This document shows, piece after piece, positions 28,033 to 35,561 of a stretch of 64,000 nt of DNA (position 1 is the stretch's first letter; each line of letters begins with the position of its first letter). Location of the stretch: NCBI GenBank assembly GCA_947625225.1, contig CANQNQ010000005.1, positions 28,712-92,711 on the forward strand, written 5' to 3'. Under the pieces are notes generated by a model, which was given only the letters and a program-made list of their open reading frames with translations, was not told the origin of the DNA and did no database searches. Both the position numbers and the translations under genes were made by a program. The DNA comes from an uncultured Clostridia bacterium (GTDB lineage Bacteria > Bacillota > Clostridia > Christensenellales > CAG-917).

Positions 28033-29360
28033 CCAAATGGCTGGCAGTCATACTGCTGCTGACTTTGATGATCGCATGCTATCTGGTACTCAACGCGGTA
28101 CTGGGCAAAAAGGACAACGTCGCCGACGCCAACAATGACAATGTGCACGGCGCAGAGCAGCTTCCGCCCGCCGACGATCCGCCTGCCCCTCCCGACATTG
28201 CGGAGCCTACATATTCCGTATTTCCGCGCGCGGCGGCAAATGCGGGCGGAGTTATGCTCAACTACGTGGGCGGCGACGGCAACGAATGCGCGCTGGACAG
28301 CCTGCACTTCGCGGGCAAGCGGCTTATAGTGTTCGACACGGACTCGGCGCAATACGACGTAAAGAGCGGCGGCATACACATCGCGGCGTTTGAGGGCGCG
28401 GAGCTTGTAAACGTCGTCCACATAGCGGACGGCGAAAGCTACGTCGCGTCCTCGCTTCTGGGCAGCGGTCTCGCCGTGATAACAAAGGACGAATCGCGCA
28501 CCCACATAAGGCTGTACGGCGACGATCTCGAGTTTTCCGGCGAGAACGAGTTCGAGGCGTATTCAAACTACGGCGCGCTGCTTGACGGCTCACAACTCAA
28601 GCTGTATGTTTCGGACGGCGCAAACATCTACGCGCTTACCGTGTCGCCCGCGCTGAACGTGTCCAAAAGCAATTTTACAAAGCAACTGCCCTCGGCGCGC
28701 TTTGACATGCTGGCGTCGCTTGGGGATACGGACATACTTGCCATATCCAACGACAACGGGATGTATATGCTGACATTTACGTCAAACTACGGGTTTAACA
28801 TCAAAAAAGAGCTGTTAAACCATCGTTTCGTGCAGTTTATGCCGCACGTCGGCGACAATCTGTCCGCGCTGTACGTGTTGTCAAAGACGGACGACTGCCT
28901 GCGCATAACAAGTTTCGACTACTCCATAGGCGAGCTTGCGCATTGCGATATGCAGGGCGCAAACGACGGCGTGATGATGCCCGACGGCAACAATCTGACT
29001 GTACTGACCGACCACGGCGCGTATGCGTTCTGCGCGCATCTGGACAGGCAACTTGCGCCCGCGCTTACTCACGACAGCCGTTTTGACGCGCTGTTCCCCT
29101 CCATGGACGGACTCAAGTTCCGCCTCGTAAAAGGCAGCGACAACATATTTGCCGTCACAGGCGGAGCAAACCTTGCCATCATCGCCGTAAACGACGGCGA
29201 TATAGTCACACTGTTTGATGTCGCCGCGCCGCTTACACGCTTTGTCGCCGCGTACTCCTCCGGCAGACTGTGGCTCGCGCTTGACGCCGAAGGCGTGATG
29301 GGCGAAAACGGCTTTGAGAACGCCGACGTGTTTTTGATATATTTGTTGACAGAATTTTGA
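28011..29360 (+). CDS. Membrane-anchored hypothetical protein
   Basis: N-terminal TM segment (WLAVILLLTLMIACYLVL), a Pro-rich linker, then about 380 aa with no motif I recognise. GAGGTG SD. It overlaps the murG 3' end by 22 nt. Confidence 0.65.
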   Translation: MYRQKTIAKWLAVILLLTLMIACYLVLNAVLGKKDNVADANNDNVHGAEQLPPADDPPAPPDIAEPTYSVFPRAAANAGGVMLNYVGGDGNECALDSLHFAGKRLIVFDTDSAQYDVKSGGIHIAAFEGAELVNVVHIADGESYVASSLLGSGLAVITKDESRTHIRLYGDDLEFSGENEFEAYSNYGALLDGSQLKLYVSDGANIYALTVSPALNVSKSNFTKQLPSARFDMLASLGDTDILAISNDNGMYMLTFTSNYGFNIKKELLNHRFVQFMPHVGDNLSALYVLSKTDDCLRITSFDYSIGELAHCDMQGANDGVMMPDGNNLTVLTDHGAYAFCAHLDRQLAPALTHDSRFDALFPSMDGLKFRLVKGSDNIFAVTGGANLAIIAVNDGDIVTLFDVAAPLTRFVAAYSSGRLWLALDAEGVMGENGFENADVFLIYLLTEF

Positions 29361-29374
29361 TAATAATATATAAT
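29346..29374 (+). promoter_or_regulatory. Consensus sigma-A promoter placed for a leaderless transcript
   Basis: TTGACA (29346-29351), an exact 17-nt spacer, then TATAAT (29369-29374). ATG 29381 follows 6 nt later with no SD. Confidence 0.6.
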
Positions 29375-29380
29375 GGTAGC

Positions 29381-30178
29381 ATGGCTAACGAACAGAATGT
29401 AAATGCAAATGAAAACCGCAACGAGTCAAAGACCAACGTTACGGTCAATCGTACTACCGCGGCAAACGCCGAGGCGGTTGCGGACGCCAAAAAACCTGCA
29501 GCAGCGCAGCAGCCCGAGCCCAAAAAGGGCGCTCCCGCTCAGCAAAAGCAGACCACCACTACGGTGGTGCGCAATACCGCTTCAAGCGCAGGTCAGGCAA
29601 AACCCGCTCAGGCTTCTCAGGCAAAACCCGCTCAGGCGACCGCCGCTAAGCCCGCAGAGGCAAAGCAAGCGAGCGCGCCTCAATCAAGCGCCGCAAAAAG
29701 CGTCACCGTGACCCGTTCGGGCGCCACTGCGGACGCCAAAAAGACGGTAAACACCAAAAAACCCGCCGCGGACGCCAAAAAGAAGGAAGCTCCCAAGCCG
29801 CCCTACTCCAACATGAAGGCGCGCGAAGGCGTGTTGGTGGCAGGCTTTACGCTGACGCTTACAAGCTTTTTGCTTACGATAATTTGCGCGCTGTTTTTGC
29901 TTGCGCCCGGTCTCACGATGGGCGTCAGCAATATGTCACACCTCAAGATGCTCACCATTGTGCTGCTCTGCACCGTTATACTCAGCTTTGTGGGCGCGGT
30001 ATTTGCGGTGGCGGGTGCCAACACCAAGAAACCTATGGCAAAGGGCTCATTCTTCATGGGGCTGATGGCGTTCTGGTTTGGACTTGCTATGCTGATATTG
30101 GTGCTGTTCTTTGACAACGTGTTCCCCATCGACGCGCTGGTCAGGCTCAGTCAGCCCGCCGCAGCGTTTATGCTGTGA
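29381..30178 (+). CDS. Hypothetical membrane protein with a low-complexity K/A/P/Q-rich N-terminal half
   Basis: I moved the start to ATG 29381. The ORF-track TTG at 29357 lies inside the promoter. The C-terminal half has about 4 TM helices. The N-terminal half contains a QAKPAQAS tandem repeat. Confidence 0.65.
   Translation: MANEQNVNANENRNESKTNVTVNRTTAANAEAVADAKKPAAAQQPEPKKGAPAQQKQTTTTVVRNTASSAGQAKPAQASQAKPAQATAAKPAEAKQASAPQSSAAKSVTVTRSGATADAKKTVNTKKPAADAKKKEAPKPPYSNMKAREGVLVAGFTLTLTSFLLTIICALFLLAPGLTMGVSNMSHLKMLTIVLLCTVILSFVGAVFAVAGANTKKPMAKGSFFMGLMAFWFGLAMLILVLFFDNVFPIDALVRLSQPAAAFML
29594..29637 (+). repeat. In-frame tandem repeat: two copies of CAGGCAAAACCCGCTCAGGC with a 24-nt period
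   Basis: Read directly from the sequence at 29594-29613 and 29618-29637. It encodes QAKPAQAS/QAKPAQAT. Confidence 0.8.
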
Positions 30179-30192
30179 TCAAATTTGTACTC

Positions 30193-30229
30193 AAAAAGCG
30201 GTCGGACGCTTGCCCGACCGCTTTTTATA
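30193..30229. terminator. Bidirectional intrinsic terminator between convergent genes
   Basis: An 11-bp stem pairs AAAGCGGTCGG (30195-30205) with CCGACCGCTTT (30214-30224), flanked by A and T runs. Confidence 0.8.
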
Positions 30230-30255
30230 TATCGTTTTTTCAATTTACGGCAATG

Positions 30256-31113
30256 TCATTTCGCCATAAATATGACGCCCACTGTGCCGGGACCCGCGTG
30301 GCAACCTATGACGGGACCGACGGACTGAGTCCACACCTCCGCGTCGGGCGCTATCTCACGCACTTTGCTCGTCAGCTCCGCCGAAGCCTGCGGATTGTCA
30401 GCGTCCACCACTATCACCGGAGCGCCGTCCGTCGCCTTGTAGCGCTCGGCAAAGGCGTCGGTCATATATTTGTACGCCTTTTTGACGCCGTTTTGCTTTG
30501 AGCACACGTCCAGTTTGCCCTCCTTGACGGTCAGCACGGGCTTGATGTTCATCAGATTGCCTATCTTCGCCTTGGCGGGAGATATCCTGCCTCCCCTTGC
30601 CAGATACTTCATATCGTCCACCACAAAGTACAGCCCCACGCGGTTTACCAGCTCGTCAAGATAGGCGCAGGTGGCGTCGATGTCGTCGCCGTGCTCGCGG
30701 CAGAACTTTGCGCCCAGATACACCAGCATGCCCGTGCCCACGCATATGTTAAGCGTGTCAAAGCGGCGGTAGTTGACCATGGGATATTCCGTCCTGAGGC
30801 GGTTGATCGCCACCTCGAGATACTCGAACGTAGCGGACATTTTGGACGAAAACGCTATGTACAGGATGTCGTCGCCCTGCTCGAAGTAGGGCTTGAAAAA
30901 GTCATAGTAGTACTCTGCGCTGAGTCCCGCCGTGGACGCCATCGCGCCGGTCCTCATCTTGTCGTAAAACGCCTTTGCGTCAAAGTTTTCGCCCAGATCC
31001 GCCAACTTATCCTCGCCGTCGATCGTATAGGGCATATTTATAACTTTCAATCCAAGTTTTTCCGCCTGTGTATAATGTAGCTCGCAGTTTGTATCGCAAA
31101 ATATGTTTGCCAT
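30256..31113 (-). CDS. DegV family fatty-acid-binding protein
   Basis: Typical DegV sequence: STAGLSAEYYYDFF..ILYIAFSSKMSATFE..VVDDMKYLARGGRIS. I moved the start to ATG 31113, which has GGAGG upstream. Confidence 0.88.
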   Translation of the reverse strand: MANIFCDTNCELHYTQAEKLGLKVINMPYTIDGEDKLADLGENFDAKAFYDKMRTGAMASTAGLSAEYYYDFFKPYFEQGDDILYIAFSSKMSATFEYLEVAINRLRTEYPMVNYRRFDTLNICVGTGMLVYLGAKFCREHGDDIDATCAYLDELVNRVGLYFVVDDMKYLARGGRISPAKAKIGNLMNIKPVLTVKEGKLDVCSKQNGVKKAYKYMTDAFAERYKATDGAPVIVVDADNPQASAELTSKVREIAPDAEVWTQSVGPVIGCHAGPGTVGVIFMAK

Positions 31114-31267
31114 AAATACCTCCAAACACAGTTTTTTATATTTTACAATAAATGCGTTTTACTGTCAAGCGAACGCGCCGCGCTTGCGCGCTAACGTCAT
31201 TTTGCGTGCAAACTTGATTTTTAGCGCGGTTAGCGCGTAACGACGTATTTCGCGCTTTAATACAACA

Positions 31268-31300
31268 TTTTGACAACTTAAACCGCAGTTTTTGTCAAAA
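31268..31300. repeat. 33-nt palindromic element, copy A (TTTTGACAA-CTTAAAC-N8-TTGTCAAAA)
   Basis: The 9-nt inverted arms are separated by 15 nt. 26 of 33 positions are identical to the copy at 34751-34783, including the CAACTTAAAC core. Confidence 0.7.
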
Positions 31301-31479
31301 TCGCTTCGCGCTAAGTTTTGCCGGTATACGAAGTACGGCGCAATTTGCGCGTTTTTACAGCGCTTACCGCGCGGCGCATTTTGCGCACGTGCGCGTATAA
31401 ACATATTTTGACATTGCTTTTAATATTAGTTTAATTATAAGGCAATAATATGCTTTATAGTAAATAAAAGAGGCATGCT

Positions 31480-32565
31480 ATGACCGATTTCAACAATTTT
31501 TTTGAAGACAGCGACAGCGGTGATTACGGACATACGCCCGTATATCACACGCCCGAACCCAAACACAAGAAGAACACCAATCTGCCGCTTATAATCAGCA
31601 TTTGCGCAGCAGTGATAATGTGCGTGGTGGTGATAGTCAACGTCGTTGTGTTGGCGTCACTCAAAAACACCATCGCCGACGAGTACGCGCAGGACATCGC
31701 CGCCAAGATGAACGAACAGTACAAGCAGGCGATAGAGGATTCGCTGAAAGATAAGGATGTAATAGAGCAAATCACCGACAACGCCACAAAAAACGCGCTG
31801 GACGCGCTGAACAGCGGCGTAGGCGACGTGGCGGCGAAGTACTCCCCCTGCGTGGCGAGGCTGTATATGTACACCCGCGTCGTGGAAAACCTTGTGCCCA
31901 AACTTAAAAAGACAAGCCTTGCGACCGCATTTCTCGTGACGGACTATGACGGCGTGGAAGGCAGATACATGGTGACCAACGCGCACTGCGTGAAGTACTA
32001 TGATTCAAGCTCGCTTATGGGCAAGTGGACGTATTACGACAAGATCACCTGCCAATTTGACAACGAGGAGGAGACTTACACACTCAAAGTCGTCGCGTGC
32101 GGCGACTACTCCGACTCCGAAGCGGAGATACAGAACCTCAAAAATCCCGACCTTGCCCTGCTGCAGATAGAGGGCAAGCAGCCCGACAATCAACTGCATC
32201 CCTCCCTCAAAGTGTTGCAGAGCGACGATGACATCAAAGTTGGCGCGTCCATCGCGCTGATAGGCAATCCCGAAGGCATAGGCAACGGAAACAGCGTCAC
32301 CACGGGCTGCGTGTCGCAAAAGGATATATCCATAGGATCGTGGGGACCGGGCACCTTCATCATGACGGACGCAGCCATCAACGAGGGCAACTCCGGCGGT
32401 CCAATGATCAACAGCATGGGCGTCGTCGTGGGTGTGGTGGAATCAAAGCTGGTGGACGAAAAGATAGACAACATGGGCTTTGCCCTGTCCGCCGAGACGC
32501 TGTACAACTTCATTATGCAAGCGCAGAGTGAAAAGCACATAACAGTCAACATCACTTGGCTGTAA
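31480..32565 (+). CDS. Membrane-anchored trypsin-like serine protease (S1C/HtrA-like, no PDZ seen)
   Basis: N-terminal TM segment. The catalytic triad contexts are TNAHCV (His), DLALLQ (Asp) and GNSGGPM (Ser). AAGAGG SD. Confidence 0.88.
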   Translation: MTDFNNFFEDSDSGDYGHTPVYHTPEPKHKKNTNLPLIISICAAVIMCVVVIVNVVVLASLKNTIADEYAQDIAAKMNEQYKQAIEDSLKDKDVIEQITDNATKNALDALNSGVGDVAAKYSPCVARLYMYTRVVENLVPKLKKTSLATAFLVTDYDGVEGRYMVTNAHCVKYYDSSSLMGKWTYYDKITCQFDNEEETYTLKVVACGDYSDSEAEIQNLKNPDLALLQIEGKQPDNQLHPSLKVLQSDDDIKVGASIALIGNPEGIGNGNSVTTGCVSQKDISIGSWGPGTFIMTDAAINEGNSGGPMINSMGVVVGVVESKLVDEKIDNMGFALSAETLYNFIMQAQSEKHITVNITWL

Positions 32566-32634
32566 ACAAGATATTCGCGCCAACCGCGTTGAATATACCG
32601 GTCGTTTCTTATCCTCCCTTTTAACGGTCGGTAC

Positions 32635-32665
32635 AAAAGGCACTTACAAGGTGCCTTTTGTTTTA
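32635..32665 (+). terminator. Intrinsic terminator after the protease gene
   Basis: AAAAGGCAC-TTACAA-GGTGCCTTTT followed by GTTTT. Confidence 0.8.
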
Positions 32666-32732
32666 CCCGTTATGGCAGATTTTGTAAGTATACGCGCCCA
32701 CGCCCTGCGCATACTACTTACAGGAGGTAAGT

Positions 32733-32867
32733 ATGAAAAATTCACTTTTGTTGGGCACAATGCTTGGGATTGTCACTGCGACTGCGCTTTACTGCAGTGC
32801 GTCAAACACTTCGCTTAAAAAAGCAAAACGTGCCGTCGTCAACAAGATAGAAGATATAATCCTTTAA
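32733..32867 (+). CDS. Small (44 aa) putative membrane peptide, missing from the ORF track
   Basis: AGGAGG lies 5 nt upstream of ATG 32733. The product is MKNSLLLGTMLGIVTATALYCSASNTSLKKAKRAVVNKIEDIIL, one hydrophobic helix followed by a basic tail. It has its own terminator downstream. Confidence 0.5.
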   Translation: MKNSLLLGTMLGIVTATALYCSASNTSLKKAKRAVVNKIEDIIL

Positions 32868-32891
32868 GGAATTGTATTGACCTCTCAAATA

Positions 32892-32939
32892 CAAAACGTG
32901 TGCTATATGTGCTATATATGGTACACGTTTTGTGTTTTT
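32892..32939 (+). terminator. Intrinsic terminator after the small ORF
   Basis: A 10-bp stem pairs CAAAACGTGT (32892-32901) with ACACGTTTTG (32923-32932), followed by TGTTTTT. Confidence 0.65.
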
Positions 32940-33030
32940 AATTTATAAAAATATCGGCTTTACAGCCAAAAATGCCCGTTTACAACACTATACGTGTTTT
33001 GTAAAGTATTTACGGCAAGGAAATGTAGTA

Positions 33031-33057
33031 TAAAAAAACGCGCCGCTACGCGGCGCA
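33031..33057 (-). terminator. Intrinsic terminator after nifU/iscU
   Basis: The stem pairs GCGCCGC (33040-33046) with GCGGCGC (33050-33056). A plus-strand A7 run at 33032-33038 gives the minus-strand U-tract. Confidence 0.8.
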
Positions 33058-33073
33058 TTGTGGGATATTTTGT

Positions 33074-33451
33074 TTACGCTTTTTTATGATTTTGCTCGTA
33101 GTAGTCTATCGCCGCCCTTATGGCGTCCTCGGCAAGCACGGAGCAATGTATCTTTTGCGGAGGCAGTCCTTCAAGCTCCGTCACGACCTGCTTGTTGGTG
33201 ACCTTCAGCGCCTCGTCAATGGTCTTGCCTATTATCATGCCCGTCGCCGTAGAGCTGGAAGCCACCGCCGCGGCGCAACCGAACGTCTTGAACTTGGCGT
33301 CCTCTATGATACCGTCGTCGTTTATGCGCATCGTGATCTGCATGATATCGCCGCAGACCTCGTTGCCCACAGTGCCTATAGCGTTATAGTTTTCCACCTC
33401 GCCCATGTGCTGGGGATTTTTGAAAACTTCCATGACCTTTTCGTTGTACAT
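33074..33451 (-). CDS. iscU: Fe-S cluster scaffold protein (NifU N-terminal / IscU type)
   Basis: Three conserved Cys contexts are present: VCGD, FGCAAA and HCSVLA. 125 aa with a GGAGAAG SD. Confidence 0.92.
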   Translation of the reverse strand: MYNEKVMEVFKNPQHMGEVENYNAIGTVGNEVCGDIMQITMRINDDGIIEDAKFKTFGCAAAVASSSTATGMIIGKTIDEALKVTNKQVVTELEGLPPQKIHCSVLAEDAIRAAIDYYEQNHKKA

Positions 33452-33486
33452 AACTTCTCCTTTTTGGCATCAATGTCCAATTTATA

Positions 33487-34653
33487 TCACTTTTTGTATA
33501 GCGGCGACATCTCGCGCAGTCTGCGTACCGTCTTTACAAGCTCGTCCACGGTGTAGTCAACTTCCTCCACCGTGTTGTGCTTGCCAAACGAAAAACGTAT
33601 GGAGCCGTGCGCCGTGCCGATGGGTACGCCTATGGAAAGCAGAGTCCTGCTTGGCTCAAGCGAAGCCGACGAGCATGCCGAACCCGATGAGGCGCATATG
33701 CCCGCAAGGTCCAGCGAAAACAGAATGGATTCGCCCTCGATGTACCTGAAACTGAAGTTGGCGTTGTTGGGCAGCCTCTTGCTTACGTCCTTGGCGCCGT
33801 TATAATATATGTCGTCTATCTGCGCCAGCACCTTTTGCACAAATCTGTCGCGCAGCGAGGCAACATACTTTGCGTCCTCCTCAAGCGTGCTCAGCGCGTC
33901 CTCCAGCGCGACCGCCATGCCCACCACGCCGGGCGTATTGGTGGTGCCGCCGCGATGCGCGCGCTCCTGCTCGCCGCCGGTGATCAGTTTTTCCATCTTC
34001 AGGCCGTTGCGCAGATACAACACGCCCACGCCCTTTGGCCCGTAAAATTTGTGCGCGGACATGGACAGCATGTCAACGCCCAGATCCTTCACGTCATAGC
34101 GTATCGCGCCCGTCGCCTGCACGGCGTCGGTGTGGAACAGCACCCCGTGACGATGCGCGACTTCGCACAATTCCTTGATGGGCTGGATGGTGCCGATCTC
34201 GTTGTTGGCAAACATTATGCTGACCAGGATGGTGTCCTCGCGTATAGCAGCTTCAAGATCGTCCTTGGACACGAAGCCCTCGCCGTCAACGGGCAAATAT
34301 GTGACCTCATATCCATATTTTTCAAGTTGTTTGCAAGTCGTATACACCGCCGGATGCTCGATGACGGACGTGATTATATGCTTGCCCTTTTCACGGTATT
34401 CAAGCGCCGCGCCCTTTATCGCCCAATTGTCCGCCTCGGTACCGCTTGCGGTGAAGTATATCTCGCCGTTTTTGGCGCCTATCGCATTGGCAATTTTGGC
34501 GCGCGCCTCGCTGACGCCCTTCGCGCCCTCCCTGCCGTACGCGTGTTGGGAGTTGGCGTTGCCAAACATATCGGAAAAATACGGCTTCATAGCCTCAAAC
34601 GCCTTCTCGGACAGCGGAGTCGTTGCCGCATGGTCAAGATAAATGTTTTTCAT
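33487..34653 (-). CDS. nifS: Cysteine desulfurase (NifS/IscS class I)
   Basis: I moved the start to ATG 34653 (MKNIYLDHAATTP). The PLP-lysine context is SMSAHKFYGPKG and the active-site loop is SSGSACSS. Confidence 0.92.
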   Translation of the reverse strand: MKNIYLDHAATTPLSEKAFEAMKPYFSDMFGNANSQHAYGREGAKGVSEARAKIANAIGAKNGEIYFTASGTEADNWAIKGAALEYREKGKHIITSVIEHPAVYTTCKQLEKYGYEVTYLPVDGEGFVSKDDLEAAIREDTILVSIMFANNEIGTIQPIKELCEVAHRHGVLFHTDAVQATGAIRYDVKDLGVDMLSMSAHKFYGPKGVGVLYLRNGLKMEKLITGGEQERAHRGGTTNTPGVVGMAVALEDALSTLEEDAKYVASLRDRFVQKVLAQIDDIYYNGAKDVSKRLPNNANFSFRYIEGESILFSLDLAGICASSGSACSSASLEPSRTLLSIGVPIGTAHGSIRFSFGKHNTVEEVDYTVDELVKTVRRLREMSPLYKK

Positions 34654-34686
34654 TTCAGCCTCGCAATTTGCCCGCACATATGTGCA

Positions 34687-34728
34687 ATATGGCAATAACG
34701 TGAAACATATTTCACATTATTGCCATAT
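34687..34728. promoter_or_regulatory. 42-nt near-perfect palindrome (operator-like) upstream of nifS
   Basis: ATATGGCAATAACGTGAAACA/TATTTCACATTATTGCCATAT. By hand pairing, 19 of 21 arm positions are complementary. It lies 34-75 nt upstream of the nifS ATG. Confidence 0.55.
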
Positions 34729-34750
34729 ATGGTATATCACCTTAAAGCAG

Positions 34751-34783
34751 TTTTGTCAACTTAAACTTAGGTGTTTGACAAAA
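34751..34783. repeat. 33-nt palindromic element, copy B (TTTTGTCAA-CTTAAAC-N8-TTGACAAAA)
   Basis: Same architecture as 31268-31300. The minus-strand TTGACA at 34759-34754 could double as a -35 box for nifS, with a 17-nt spacer to TATACC. Confidence 0.7.
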
Positions 34784-34818
34784 ATATTGCCCATCGCCGC
34801 ACTTTTATACGGCTATAT

Positions 34819-35559
34819 TCACTCCTCGTCCTCTATCGTCAGATTGGCATTGTGGTAGACGTTTTGTATGTCGTCCAGCTCCTCCAGCCTGTCGATAAGC
34901 TTGATGAGATTCTTTTGCTGTTCGGGCGTGGGGTCGACGTAGTTGTCGGGAAGCATGGTGACCTCCGCGGACAATATCTTGACGCCTGCGCCCTCAAGCG
35001 AAGCGCGCACCGCCGTCAGCGCGGTGCTGTCGGTGTACACCTCAAACACTTCCTCGTCGTCGGAGTTGATGTCCTCCGCGCCCGCGTCGAGCGCGTACAG
35101 CATAAGGTCGTCCTCGCTTACGTCCTCCTTGGACACGGTTATGACGCCCTTGCGCTTGAACATAAATGACACGCAACCGTTGGTGCCCATGGAGCCGCCG
35201 AATTTGTCAAACAGGTGCCTCACGTCGCCCGCGGTGCGGTTTTTGTTGTCGGTAAGCGCGTCCACTATTATCGCGGTGCCGCCTACGCCGTAGCCCTCGT
35301 ACACCATCTCTTCATAGTTGATGGAGCCCAACTCGCCGCTTGCCTTCTTGATGCTGCGGGAGATGTTGTCGTTGGGCATGTTGTTGTCCTTTGCCTTTGC
35401 GATCGCCTGAGCAAGTTTGCTGTTGCTGTTGGGATCGGGACCGCCCTCCTTGACGGCGACGGCTATCTCGCGACCGATCTTGGTGAAGATGTTGGCTCTT
35501 GCCGCGTCGGTCTTACCTTTTTTTTGCTGAATATTGTGCCATTTGCTGTGTCCGCTCAT
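34819..35559 (-). CDS. yebC: YebC/PmpR family DNA-binding regulator
   Basis: MSGHSKWHNIQQKKGKTDAARANIFTK.. is the canonical YebC N-terminus. I moved the start to ATG 35559, which has GAGGAG upstream. Confidence 0.93.
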   Translation of the reverse strand: MSGHSKWHNIQQKKGKTDAARANIFTKIGREIAVAVKEGGPDPNSNSKLAQAIAKAKDNNMPNDNISRSIKKASGELGSINYEEMVYEGYGVGGTAIIVDALTDNKNRTAGDVRHLFDKFGGSMGTNGCVSFMFKRKGVITVSKEDVSEDDLMLYALDAGAEDINSDDEEVFEVYTDSTALTAVRASLEGAGVKILSAEVTMLPDNYVDPTPEQQKNLIKLIDRLEELDDIQNVYHNANLTIEDEE

Positions 35560-35561
35560 AA

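Noticed and set aside
31165-31404. 79-aa ORF on the minus strand in the degV/protease intergenic region
   Set aside because: It has no SD, an Arg/Lys/Ala-rich composition driven by the GCGC repeats, and no recognisable fold. I treat the region as non-coding and regulatory.
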